Source: Chloroflexota bacterium (lineage in GTDB: Bacteria > Chloroflexota > UBA11872 > VXNJ01). From it: 64,000 nt of DNA. The notes below the pieces were generated by a model that worked only from the letters and a program-made list of their open reading frames with translations, was not told the DNA's origin and made no database searches. Location of the stretch: NCBI GenBank assembly GCA_965261345.1, contig OZ253449.1, positions 1,056,001 through 1,120,000 of the forward strand, given 5' to 3'. Below, in pieces: positions 1 through 9,953 of this stretch. The position numbers and the translations under genes are program-made. The number at the start of each line of letters is the position of its first letter. Positions within the stretch are counted from its first letter, which is position 1.

Positions 1-170
1 CTGGCGCCGGATGGAGCAGGTGGGCCGGGGCGGACTGGCGGCCCTGCTTGCCAACGACGGCTGCGAACCGACCCTCCGCCGGGACCCGGTGGCAGCGCCG
101 CCGGGCGCTGCGGCGGAGATCGTGGACGTCCTGCTGGAACTGGTGACCGCGCCCCGGTCGGGGCGGTCCG

Positions 171-2237
171 ATGACCGATCAGACCCGCGGCAAGGTGACC
201 GCCGACCACCTCGACCGCATGGCGTACCTGTACGTGCGCCAGTCCAGCCTGCGGCAGGTGGTAGAGCATGGCGAGAGCACCCGCCGCCAGTACGACCTGC
301 GGGGTCGGGCCATCTCCCTGGGCTGGGATGCCGACCGGATATGCGTGATTGACTCCGACCTTGGGCGTTCGGGGGCCGACTCGGACCGCGAAGGCTTCCG
401 ACGCCTGGTTACCGAGGTGTCCCTGGGCAACGTCGGGATGGTGCTGGGGCTGGAAGTCTCGCGCCTGGCGCGCAATAACGCCGACTGGCAGCGCCTGCTG
501 GAGCTGTGCGCGCAGTCGGACACCCTGATCCTGGACGAGGATGGGATATATGATCCGTCCAGCTTCAACGACCGCCTGCTGCTGGGCCTGAAGGGCACGA
601 TGTCGGAAGCCGAGCTGCACGTTATGAAGTCCCGTCTGCGGGGTGGACTTCTGGCCAAGGCGCGGCGCGGCGAGCTCAAGATCGCGCTGCCGGTGGGATA
701 CTGCTACGACCCTCTCGACCGCTGGGTGCCGGACCCCGACGCCCAGGTGCAGGAGACCCTGCGCACGTTCTTTGACGTCTTCCAGCGCAGCGGCTCGGCG
801 CGGGCTGTGGTGGCGTACTTTAATGCGAACGGTCTGCTGATCCCGCTGCGGTCCCGCAAGGGCCCGGGCAAGGGCGAACTCTTCTGGAACAATCTCGATC
901 ACGGCCGTGCGCTGTCGATCCTGCACAACCCCGGTTACGCCGGGGTTTACGCCTACGGACGCACCCAGCGGCGGCGGCGCGGCGGCAGCCGCCGGTCAGC
1001 CAAGGCGCCGCGCAGCGAGTGGATCGCCCTGATCAAGGACCACCATCCCGGCTACATTTCCTGGGAGCGATTCGAGGCCAACCAGGCCCAGCTGGCGCGC
1101 TCGGCCAGGGCCCATGGCGCCGACCGCCGCCAGGGACCGGCGCGCGAGGGGACGGCCCTTCTGCAGGGGGTGGCCATCTGCGGGAAATGCGGGAACCACC
1201 TGCAGACGCGCTACGACGGCTCCCGCACCAGGCCCCGCTACGTATGTCACCGCGACGGGATCGCCAACGCCAGACCGATCTGCCTCTCGATTGCCGGCGC
1301 GGGGATCGACCGGGCCGTAGCCGATCTGGCTCTCGAACTGATGACTCCGCAGGTACTGCAACTGGCGCTTGGCGTACAGGACGAACTGGAGCGCCGCCTC
1401 AGGGAGGCCGACGGCCTGCGGTCCCGGGCCGTGCAGCGCGTCCGCGAGGCGGCCGATCTGGCCGGCCGCCGCTACCGATTGGCCGATCCGCACAACCGCA
1501 TGGTCGCCGACGTGCTGGAGGCCGAGTGGAACGCCTGCCTGCAGCGCCTCGAGCAGGCGGGCGCTGAGTACGAGCGCCGGCGCGAGCAGGATCGGCAACG
1601 GTTCGACAGTCAGCAGCAGCGGCGGATCGCCGAACTTGCGACCAACTTCCCCAGGGTGTGGAACGATCCCGGGACCCCGGCCCGGGAGCGCAAGCGCATG
1701 CTGCGGCTGCTGGTCGAGGACGTTACGGTGTCAAGGGGCCAGGAGGAGATCAGGCTGGGAGTGCGTCTGCGCGGCGGGGTCGCCCGCGAGCTGACCGCGC
1801 CCCTGCCGATGTCGGGCGCCCAGCTGTACCGCACCCCGGTCGAGACCGTCGCCCTGGTCGACGAAGCGCTTGAAGGCCACACGATCGGCGCGATCGTGGA
1901 GATCCTGCGGCAGCGCGATCACCGCCCGCCGCGGGGCGCGCGCTACACCCGCACCGCCGTGCAGGCCATGATCTACGCCCACGGGCTGCGCACGCGCTAC
2001 CAGCGTTTGCGCGATCGGGGCCTGCTTAGCGTGTACGAGGTCGCCGGGCGGCTTGGGATATCTGAGAGCGGAGTCCGCGACCGGCGGCGGCGCGGGCTGC
2101 TGGTGGGCCATCTGGCCGACGACAAGGGCGTGCGTCTTTACGAATGGCCGCCGGGCGGGGCCGGTTCATCTCATGCCGCCGGGGGGACCGCCGACGAACT
2201 GTCGCAAGTTAGCAATGAGGCGCAGTATGCAACCTGA
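171..2237 (+). CDS. Large serine recombinase (resolvase + recombinase + Zn-ribbon + C-terminal HTH-like region) of a mobile element
   Basis: AYLYVRQSS catalytic Ser motif, LEVSRLARN, CGKCG...YVC...C zinc ribbon, 688 aa. Confidence 0.92.
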   Translation: MTDQTRGKVTADHLDRMAYLYVRQSSLRQVVEHGESTRRQYDLRGRAISLGWDADRICVIDSDLGRSGADSDREGFRRLVTEVSLGNVGMVLGLEVSRLARNNADWQRLLELCAQSDTLILDEDGIYDPSSFNDRLLLGLKGTMSEAELHVMKSRLRGGLLAKARRGELKIALPVGYCYDPLDRWVPDPDAQVQETLRTFFDVFQRSGSARAVVAYFNANGLLIPLRSRKGPGKGELFWNNLDHGRALSILHNPGYAGVYAYGRTQRRRRGGSRRSAKAPRSEWIALIKDHHPGYISWERFEANQAQLARSARAHGADRRQGPAREGTALLQGVAICGKCGNHLQTRYDGSRTRPRYVCHRDGIANARPICLSIAGAGIDRAVADLALELMTPQVLQLALGVQDELERRLREADGLRSRAVQRVREAADLAGRRYRLADPHNRMVADVLEAEWNACLQRLEQAGAEYERRREQDRQRFDSQQQRRIAELATNFPRVWNDPGTPARERKRMLRLLVEDVTVSRGQEEIRLGVRLRGGVARELTAPLPMSGAQLYRTPVETVALVDEALEGHTIGAIVEILRQRDHRPPRGARYTRTAVQAMIYAHGLRTRYQRLRDRGLLSVYEVAGRLGISESGVRDRRRRGLLVGHLADDKGVRLYEWPPGGAGSSHAAGGTADELSQVSNEAQYAT

Positions 2238-3325
2238 TCCCGCGGACAGTATTCCAGTTCGTACAGGTCGCGTCCCGCTACCTGCTCGGTCGGCAGGCTG
2301 GTTACGACGAAGCGGGCGTTGGGCCGCGGCGGCCGGGGCGCGCCGTCCCGGCCGGTATGCCCGGGCAGGTACTCGGCCTTGCCCACCACCCGTCGGGTCC
2401 TGGACCAGGTCCCGGCAAGGGTCTGGTGGGTAAAGCCGCGGAAGCGCCGCGAGGGCTCCCCGCTTGCAAGGCAGCGCCGCCGCGAGCGCTCGAGCGGGCG
2501 GGCGATCTTTTTCTCCAGGCGCGGGTTGCGCGCCAGGCCGAAGAGGTAGTCGATCCCCTCCCGTTCGCACCAGGTCATGATCGGATCGCGGCCAAAGCCC
2601 GAGTCGCCGCGCAATACGATCTGCGTTTCGGGCCAGGCGGAGCGGATCTTCTCTACCAGCGGCGCGATCTCGGACACCGCATCCGACCCCGGGGCGCTAT
2701 CGGAGGGGCGCAGGCGGCAAAGCAGCAGATGCTCGCCGCAAAACACGTACAGCGGTAGATAGCAATAGGAGTCGTAATACCCGTGGAAGAACCGTCCTTC
2801 TTGCTTGCCGTGCAGCTTCACGTCGGTGGCGTCCACGTCCAGGACGATGCGCGCCGGGGGAGCGGGATGAGATTCCAGGAAGACTTCGACCAGTAGGTCG
2901 TCCAGCTGAGCGAAGTTGGCCGCGATCCGGCGGTAGCGGTCCTTGGACGCTTCATCGGGACGCGAGTTCTCCAGGCGGCACAGCGTCGCCGCCGATCCGA
3001 GTGCCGAACCGTCGCTGCGCTCCAGCAGCATTCCCAGCAGCGGATCGCTGCGCAGGCGGTTGTGATCTACAAGGTCCTCGTAACCGCCGCAGATCCCGTA
3101 CACACGCTGGCGCACCAGGTCCAGGACGGAGTGGACTACGTAGGCCGGGTTGCGGTGGTCGACAAAGCAGGCCGCCGCGCGCGCGAGCAGGTCGATGAGG
3201 TTATCTGCCTCGCGCAGCAGGGCAAGCCCGCCGTCGGCGGAGATATCGCCGCCATTGAAGTTGCCCACCATTCGGCGGCGGCCGAGCCGTGAGAACTCGA
3301 GCTGGACCGGGTTAGACTCTGCCAT
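2238..3325 (-). pseudogene. IS1380-family transposase (DDE_Tnp_1_4), C-terminally interrupted
   Basis: LDVDATD..LHGKQEGRFFHGYY, LRGDSGF motifs; similarity stops at YCPR, before the conserved G-x-x-E-N-R-I-K-E segment; the remaining codons to 2171 are antisense of the recombinase. Confidence 0.85.
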
Positions 3326-3594
3326 CAGAAACGCCCTGCGATGGTTTGTGTGTTGTAACCCAATTATCGTCGGGCGTCTCTGTTTTTAAGGAGTGGGGTG
3401 GTACCGAAGACCCGTCCGGCAGCGCCCTCAAGCGGTGGTGTCGGAGCCTGAATCGGCGCTCCCCGAGCCCGGGACCGCAATAGCACTCTGCGAACCGGCA
3501 AACGCCGCCGGATTGGGCTCGAACCAGCCCTGTCAGTCCCTGGGAGCGGTTGACTCCGGGGCAGCGTGGCGGCAAGGCTCGTGCAATATCCGGG
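2238..3594 (-). mobile_element. IS1380-family element, 3'-truncated
   Basis: Transposase ORF inside; IS1380-like end CCCGGATATTGCAC (minus strand, 3581-3594) directly adjacent to CTAG; the other end is replaced by the recombinase gene. Confidence 0.75.
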
Positions 3595-5031
3595 CTAGCG
3601 CCAGGCCGCCCCCCAGGAACTGGCCTCGTAGTTGGAGCGGATGAGCCATTCGGTCATCACCTGGATCAGCTCCGATCGTTTTGCGCCGTGTTCAGGGTCG
3701 TGCCAGAGGTTTTCGAGCTCATCGGGGTCTTTGGTCAGGTCAAATAGCTGGCCGTGCGGTTGGTCGATAAAGTGCACCAGCTTCCATTGGCGCGATCGCA
3801 CCATCGTCATGTAGTCGGTGGTTAGGCCGACCCTGTCCCAGCGACCCATTTCCGAGAAAACGTATTCGCGACCGGCAAATTCACGGCCCTCCAGGGCCGG
3901 TACCAACGTCTGGGCCTCGAATGGATCGGGGAATTCGGCCCCGGCCAGGTCCAGGATCGTTCCCGCAAGATCGAACCATTCAATCTGCTCAGCCACCCGG
4001 CGCCCGCCCGCGAAGCGATCGGGCGCCCATACCAGCGCCGGAACGCGCGTGACCGAATCGTACATCGTCCATTTCTGCGAACTGAAATGGTCGGTTAGGG
4101 TATCGCCATGGTCGGAGGTGAAGATGATCACCGAGTTGTCCAGCAGCCCCCGATCGGCCAAAGCCTGCCGAATTCGTCCGATCTGGGCGTCGATGAGCGA
4201 GACATTGGCCATGTAGTAACGCCGCTGGTGCTGGCGTTGGGCCTCGGTGGGATTGGGCAACAGTTTGGTCGAATCGCCCGGCGTCCGGTTTTGGTGAGAA
4301 GCCATATCCCTAAACACCGGCGGTTGTGAACCTCGCTCACTTTCGTTTAGCGGAACCAGCGGGAATTTCGTATCGGCATAGCGGTCAATCCAGTCCGGTG
4401 TCGGGTCATAGGGCGGATGGGGTCCCGGAAATCCGATTTCGAGGAACAGCGGTTGATCGGAATCATAGCGGCCGATCCAATCGACGGCCATCCGGCCGAG
4501 GAAATTGTCGGGGTGCCAATCGGGGTCCTTCTCCCAGGGAAAAGCGCCCAGCGAAGTTTCAAAGTCTTCGCGTGCGTGCAGGTCGGTCTCGTGATATTTG
4601 TCTATTCCATGGGCTGCCATGGCCTTTTCCCACTCGTCGCGGTAACCGCCGGCAACTCGTCCCCGCTGCTTGTTTTCAACGTTGTAACGGTAGTCGAACT
4701 GCCCCTGCACGTCGAACGGGGTAAAGTGCATCTTCCCGATGCTGGCGGTGAAATAGCCGGCCCGGGCCAGATTCGGCACCCAGGTCTGCGACCATGGTTG
4801 CTCGTTGCGCAGCATCCCGGTGGTGTGCGGATAGCAACCGGTGAAGAAGGCACAGCGCGCCGGTCCGCAGGAGGGCGCATTGACGTGGCAATCATCAAAC
4901 GAGATTCCCTCGCGGACGAGGCGATCAAGGTGGGGGGTTTTGAGGTGATCAAAGCCCAGCGCGGCGATCGTGTCGTAGCGCTGCTGGTCGGTGATGATCA
5001 GGATGATATTGGGGCGGTCAACCGTAGGCAC
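3595..5031 (-). CDS. Sulfatase (Cys-type, choline-sulfatase/arylsulfatase-like)
   Basis: PNIILIITDQQR, CGPAR formylglycine motif, GKMH, SDHGD. Confidence 0.92.
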   Translation of the reverse strand: MPTVDRPNIILIITDQQRYDTIAALGFDHLKTPHLDRLVREGISFDDCHVNAPSCGPARCAFFTGCYPHTTGMLRNEQPWSQTWVPNLARAGYFTASIGKMHFTPFDVQGQFDYRYNVENKQRGRVAGGYRDEWEKAMAAHGIDKYHETDLHAREDFETSLGAFPWEKDPDWHPDNFLGRMAVDWIGRYDSDQPLFLEIGFPGPHPPYDPTPDWIDRYADTKFPLVPLNESERGSQPPVFRDMASHQNRTPGDSTKLLPNPTEAQRQHQRRYYMANVSLIDAQIGRIRQALADRGLLDNSVIIFTSDHGDTLTDHFSSQKWTMYDSVTRVPALVWAPDRFAGGRRVAEQIEWFDLAGTILDLAGAEFPDPFEAQTLVPALEGREFAGREYVFSEMGRWDRVGLTTDYMTMVRSRQWKLVHFIDQPHGQLFDLTKDPDELENLWHDPEHGAKRSELIQVMTEWLIRSNYEASSWGAAWR

Positions 5032-5341
5032 GGCGGAAATATCCAGTTTTGCTGGGCGTTCGCGTCGCCGCTATTGTCCGGTTAGCAACCACGCCGCCAG
5101 CCCGGGATCGCGCGGGGCTCGGATCGCAAAATCCACATTTGGTCGAGAGCGGCAATTGCCCTGGCGAATTAAACGCGCGCGCAGCCAATTTTTGGCGCAA
5201 CTTTTGGCGCAATGATCCGAAATGGTCAACCGGGGGACTGGAATATTTAAATTGCTAGTTTCCGGATCGGATCGATCCGCTAATTGGCTGCGGTGGTTTG
5301 ACCGATCTGAGTTAGCGGCGACCTCGGCAGGCGAACCCCGT

Positions 5342-6772
5342 CTACCGCCTGCCATCGGCGCAATGGCTGGTCCAATATATTGACTCGACAAGGAAAGTGC
5401 CTAGCGCCTCCATCAATTCGGCGCGGATCGAGCGGTGGTCCGGATCGGCCCACAGATTTATCAATTCCTCCGGGTCGTTTCGCAGATCAAACAACTGTCC
5501 ATCAGGCGGGCCCAAAAGGTGGACCAGCTTCCAGTCCCGCGACCGCACCATAGAAACGAAGTCGCACCCGAGTCCCACCACTTCCTCGCGGCCATGCTCG
5601 GAAAACACATAGTCGCGGCCCGCAAAATCCTCTCCTTGCAGCGCCGCGATCAAGGAGTCGGCCTCAAAGGCCTCCGGAAAATCGGCGCCGGCGATTTCGA
5701 GGATCGTTGCCCCTAGATCGAACCATTGGGTCAGGGCCTCGACCTTGCGCCCGCCGGAAAATCGCCCGGGCGCCCAGACAATCGCCGGGACCCGCGTGAC
5801 CGAGTCGTACATCGTCCACTTCTGCGAACAGAAGTGATCGGTGAGGGTGTCGCCGTGGTCGGAGGTAAAGATGATCACCGTGTCTTCAAGCAAGCCGCGA
5901 TCGGCAAGCGAGCGGCGGATCGCGCCAATTTGGGCGTCGATTAGCGAGATATTGGCCATGTAGAAACGGCGCTGGCGCTGGCGGTGGGCTTCGGCCGGGA
6001 AGGGCACGAACTTGATTGAGTCGTGGGCGACCTCGGCGTTGTGCTGGGCCATATCGCGCAGCAACTGCGGATGTTGGTCGCGTTCGGAGAATCGCAACGG
6101 GGTCAGCGCGAACTCGGTGTCCTCGTAGAGCTCCAACCAGTCCGGGGTTGGGTCATACGGCGGGTGCGGCCCAGGGAAACCGACGGTGAGAAAAAACGGT
6201 TTTTCCTGCTCGTAGTTTGCGACCCACTCGCACGCCGCCCGACCCAGGAAGTTGTCGGGGTGCATGTCGGGGTCCTTTTCCCAGGCGAAAGCTCCCAGCG
6301 CAATCCAGAAATCCGGGCGCTTTTCAAGGTCTTCGCGCTGGTACTTGGTCATCCCGCGATCGGCCAGCGCCTTGTCCCATTCATCCCGGTAGGCGCGCCA
6401 TTGACGAAAACGCTGTTTGTTCTCGACGTTGAAACGGTAATCAAACTGACCGGAAGCGTCAAACGGCGTAAAGTGCATCTTGCCTACGTTGGCGGTGTGA
6501 TAGCCGGCCCGGGCGATATTGGGAACCCAGGTCTCCTGCCAAGGGTCGCCGTTACGCAGCATTCCGGATGTATGCGGCCACCTTCCGCTAAAGAGGCTGC
6601 AGCGGGCCGGCCCGCATGCTGGGGCATTGACGAAACAGTTGGAAAGCGTAACGCCCTCGGCGACCAGCTGGTCCAGGTGCGGTGTTTGGGCGTAGTCGTA
6701 GCCGAGCGCGGCAATCGTATCGAAGCGCTGCTGATCGGTAATGATTAGGACGATGTTGGGGCGATCTTGCAT
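5342..6772 (-). CDS. Sulfatase, tandem paralog of the 3595-5031 gene
   Basis: MQDRPNIVLIITDQQR (ATG at 6772), CGPAR, GKMH, SDHGD; long identical blocks shared with the neighbour. Confidence 0.92.
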   Translation of the reverse strand: MQDRPNIVLIITDQQRFDTIAALGYDYAQTPHLDQLVAEGVTLSNCFVNAPACGPARCSLFSGRWPHTSGMLRNGDPWQETWVPNIARAGYHTANVGKMHFTPFDASGQFDYRFNVENKQRFRQWRAYRDEWDKALADRGMTKYQREDLEKRPDFWIALGAFAWEKDPDMHPDNFLGRAACEWVANYEQEKPFFLTVGFPGPHPPYDPTPDWLELYEDTEFALTPLRFSERDQHPQLLRDMAQHNAEVAHDSIKFVPFPAEAHRQRQRRFYMANISLIDAQIGAIRRSLADRGLLEDTVIIFTSDHGDTLTDHFCSQKWTMYDSVTRVPAIVWAPGRFSGGRKVEALTQWFDLGATILEIAGADFPEAFEADSLIAALQGEDFAGRDYVFSEHGREEVVGLGCDFVSMVRSRDWKLVHLLGPPDGQLFDLRNDPEELINLWADPDHRSIRAELMEALGTFLVESIYWTSHCADGRR

Positions 6773-7110
6773 AGAACCGAGTTGCGGAATGCGGGGGAAC
6801 CGTGTTTGAACGATTTTGTCCTTGCGGGTCGGCGGAGTCGGCGCGCAGGCGGCCGGGCTAAATTCCCTCCCGCCGGTCGACCAACTTGTCCGATCGGCGC
6901 GCCCAACCCGTCTGTATTGGCCTGTCCGCGAGATTCCGGTCGGCGCCGGATTTCGACCGCTCCAGCCCACCACCATCCCGACGGCCAACTGCTGCCAAAA
7001 TCAACAAGGGGCAATCGCCCGGCGGGCCGTTCGTTAGCCGCGGTCGACACCCGCACCGGCTGCCCGTCTAACTTGAATTTGCCGCGAACAAACAGAAAGC
7101 GTTAACTGCC

Positions 7111-7545
7111 GTGCCTTGGTGGGGATGGATCGCCCTCGGGGGCGGGTTGATATTGACCGAATTGCTAGTCGGCGGGCAGCTGTATCTCTTGTTTGCGGCG
7201 ATTGCCGCCCTGGCCGTCGGAGTCGTGGTGGCAATATTCGGGGGCACTCCGCTCTGGCTGCAGTGGACGATCTTTGGTATTACCGCCCCGGTCCTGGTTT
7301 TGGGGTTGCGCAGGCAGGCCTACGCCAAATTCAACCGCTTCGGCGGTTACCAAAACATAGCCGGCGAATACGCGATCGTGGATGCGGAAATCGCCCCTGG
7401 CGAGCATGGCCTGGCCGAATTGCACGGGGCCCAATGGGCAGCCCGGAACATTGGCGCAACCCCACTTGCGGCCGGCCAACGGGTTAGGGTTGCCGGCGTG
7501 GATCAATTAACCCTTAACCTTGTTGAGGAAGCAGGCGACGATTGA
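7111..7545 (+). CDS. NfeD-family membrane protein (short, OB-fold)
   Basis: Hydrophobic N-terminus then G...W.A....G.RVRV C-terminal pattern; overlaps the SPFH gene. Confidence 0.85.
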   Translation: MPWWGWIALGGGLILTELLVGGQLYLLFAAIAALAVGVVVAIFGGTPLWLQWTIFGITAPVLVLGLRRQAYAKFNRFGGYQNIAGEYAIVDAEIAPGEHGLAELHGAQWAARNIGATPLAAGQRVRVAGVDQLTLNLVEEAGDD

Positions 7546-8501
7546 CGCCAGGAGTGGGTAACGTGGATATTTCGGTTCTAGTCCTTTTGGTATTTCTGGC
7601 GATCGTGGGAATCGTGGTGCTGGCCAAAACCGCGATCATCGTGCCGCAGCAGTCGGCCTACGTAATGGAAATGCTCGGACGCTACCAAGCCACCTACCAA
7701 GCCGGGTTCCATATCGTCGTTCCGTTCATTCAACGGGTGGCCTACAAACTATCGCTAAAAGAAGAAGCAATTGACATCCCCGAGCAGGTCTGCATTACCC
7801 GCGACAACGTCCAGGTTGGGGTTGACGGGGTCATCTACATGCAGGTCCTCGATGCGCGGGCTGCTTCCTACGGGATCGCCAACTTCCGCTTTGCCATCAC
7901 CCAGTTGGCCCAGACCACACTCCGTAGCGAGGTCGGCAAGCTCGACCTGGACCGAACGTTTGAGGAACGCTCATCGATCAACCTGTCGGTCGTAGCCGAA
8001 CTTGACAAAGCCTCCGCGGCCTGGGGGGTCAAGGTGCTCCGCTACGAAATTCGCAATATCACCCCACCCTCTGACGTGCTTTCGGCAATGGAAAAACAAA
8101 TGCGCGCCGAACGCGAAAAACGGGCGGTGGTCCTTACCTCGGAGGGCGAACGCGACGCCGTAATCAACGCCGCCGAAGGCGCCAAGCAGCGGGTTGTACT
8201 GGAGTCGGAAGCTGCCCGGCAACAGCAGATCAACGAAGCCGAGGGGGAGGCCGAGGCGATATTGGCCATCGCCAACGCGACCGCCGACGGACTGCGGGCC
8301 ATTGCCACGGCGGTGTCCAACGACGGTGGCCAGGACGCCCTGCGGCTTAGGATCGCCGAACAGTACGTATCCGAATTTGGGAAGCTGGCGCAAGCGGGCA
8401 ACACCTTTGTTGTGCCCGCCAATATGACCGATCTGGCCTCTATGATCGCCCTGGCCACGTCAATGGTCCGCGGCAGCGGCGATACCGATTCCGCAGCGTA
8501 A
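7542..8501 (+). CDS. SPFH/stomatin-like protein (QmcA/paraslipin-like)
   Basis: ITRDNVQVGVDGVIY, AQTTLRSEVG, MEKQMRAEREKRA. Confidence 0.92.
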   Translation: MTPGVGNVDISVLVLLVFLAIVGIVVLAKTAIIVPQQSAYVMEMLGRYQATYQAGFHIVVPFIQRVAYKLSLKEEAIDIPEQVCITRDNVQVGVDGVIYMQVLDARAASYGIANFRFAITQLAQTTLRSEVGKLDLDRTFEERSSINLSVVAELDKASAAWGVKVLRYEIRNITPPSDVLSAMEKQMRAEREKRAVVLTSEGERDAVINAAEGAKQRVVLESEAARQQQINEAEGEAEAILAIANATADGLRAIATAVSNDGGQDALRLRIAEQYVSEFGKLAQAGNTFVVPANMTDLASMIALATSMVRGSGDTDSAA

Positions 8502-8822
8502 AGGCCGATGCTGATCGCAAGTCCGGCTCCGGGAAAAGGTCGGGCCGGCCGGTAGTTGACACAACCCGTTGAGCAGGCAACCGGCAATCTGCAAGGCCGC
8601 GGGAATCTCGGCCGCTACCGGTTGCGTGTACGCCGGCGACCTTCGCCCCGAGCTCAAATGGACTCCGCGCATCTAGTGCCAAGCCGCCGCCGATCCGCCT
8701 TCGCGCCTTGCTGCAACCTTCAGCCGCTAGCGCGCGTACCATACGACGACGCGATCGGGCGATTCAGCCTCAGAGTAAAGTTAACCGGCAGGCTGTAGAA
8801 CTTATAAAGAAGGTCCGCTCAA

Positions 8823-9887
8823 ATGAGCCTATTTAAACGAATCATTACCGGGCTCCTGATGGTCCTAGTGCTTGCCGCGATCGCCGCCTGCGACGAGCAG
8901 GAAGATGCGCGCGAAAGCACTCTTGATGACATCCTCGAGAGGGGCAATCTGGTCTGCGGAATCAAGGCCGACACGCCCGGATTCGGCGTGCTCAATCCGG
9001 ACGGAACGGCCGAAGGCAACGACGTCGACTACTGTCGAGCTCTGGCCGCAGCCATTTTTGGCGACCAATCCAAAGTCGAGTTCCAGGAAGCTACCTCGGG
9101 TAACCGTTTCGAATTGCTGGCCGCCAAGGAAATTGACGTCTTAATCCGCACCACCACCTGGACCGCCAGCCGGGACGCGGACCTCAAAGTCGCTTTTGCC
9201 CCGACCACGTTCTACGACGGCGCCGGAATCATGGTTAAAGCCGATGCGGGCCTATCCAGCGTTAACCAGCTTGGCGGCGCGACAATCTGCATCCTGGACG
9301 GAACCAGCACTCAGGGTGCGGTTTCCGACTACTTCGCCGAGCAGGAGCTCACCTACGAAGAGCTCACGTTCCAGGCGAATCCGGAGTTGCGGGCCTCATT
9401 CATCAGCGATCAATGCGATGCCTGGTCGTCTGACAAATCCCAGCTCGGTGGACACCAGTTCACCCTCACCGCAGACGGTGTCAACGCGGTAGTTCTACCG
9501 GAAACCCTCTCCAAGGAACCTCTCGGACCGAGCGTCCGTGACTACGACTCGGAATGGGAAGACGTGGTTCGCTGGGTGGTCAACGGGATGATCATCGCCG
9601 AGGAGCAGGGCGTAACATCGGCCAACGTCGGCCAGATGGCTGCCAACCCGCCGAATAACACCGTCGCCCGCCTGCTGGGAGTCGGTTTCTCAGGTGGCGC
9701 CCCCAGCAACCTTGGCATAGGCCACGGCAAGATCCCCGGCACGTTCATGCAGAGCGTAATCGCCCAGGTTGGAAATTACGGGGAAACCTATGATCGGACC
9801 CTAGAGCGGGTCGGCCTCACCCGCGCCGGATCCCCGAACGCCTCGTACCAGGACGGCGGGCTACTCTACGCACCGCCAATGCGGTAG
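8823..9887 (+). CDS. Amino-acid ABC transporter substrate-binding lipoprotein (AapJ/BztA-like)
   Basis: Lipobox-like IAAC, TTWTASRD, LPETLSKEPLGP, GGLLYAPPMR. Confidence 0.9.
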   Translation: MSLFKRIITGLLMVLVLAAIAACDEQEDARESTLDDILERGNLVCGIKADTPGFGVLNPDGTAEGNDVDYCRALAAAIFGDQSKVEFQEATSGNRFELLAAKEIDVLIRTTTWTASRDADLKVAFAPTTFYDGAGIMVKADAGLSSVNQLGGATICILDGTSTQGAVSDYFAEQELTYEELTFQANPELRASFISDQCDAWSSDKSQLGGHQFTLTADGVNAVVLPETLSKEPLGPSVRDYDSEWEDVVRWVVNGMIIAEEQGVTSANVGQMAANPPNNTVARLLGVGFSGGAPSNLGIGHGKIPGTFMQSVIAQVGNYGETYDRTLERVGLTRAGSPNASYQDGGLLYAPPMR

Positions 9888-9908
9888 AACTGGCAATTCA
9901 ATAACCGA

Positions 9909-9946
9909 ACCAACGAGCGGGGTTAACCCCGCTCGTTGGTCTTTTC
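9909..9946 (+). terminator. Intrinsic terminator/mRNA-stabilising hairpin between SBP and permease genes
   Basis: Perfect inverted repeat ACCAACGAGCGGGG-TTAA-CCCCGCTCGTTGGT followed by CTTTTC. Confidence 0.7.
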
Positions 9947-9953
9947 GGCACCG

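Noticed and set aside
5189-5212. Short tandem repeat TTTTGGCGCAA x2 between the sulfatases
   Set aside because: Could be a binding site but too short, and not seen elsewhere in the window.
6773-6988. N-terminal extension of the 548-aa sulfatase ORF
   Set aside because: Homology to the paralog begins at MQDRPN (6772); the upstream part is intergenic read-through.
8502-8822. Possible riboswitch or ncRNA upstream of the amino-acid ABC operon
   Set aside because: No recognisable riboswitch consensus could be confirmed by eye.
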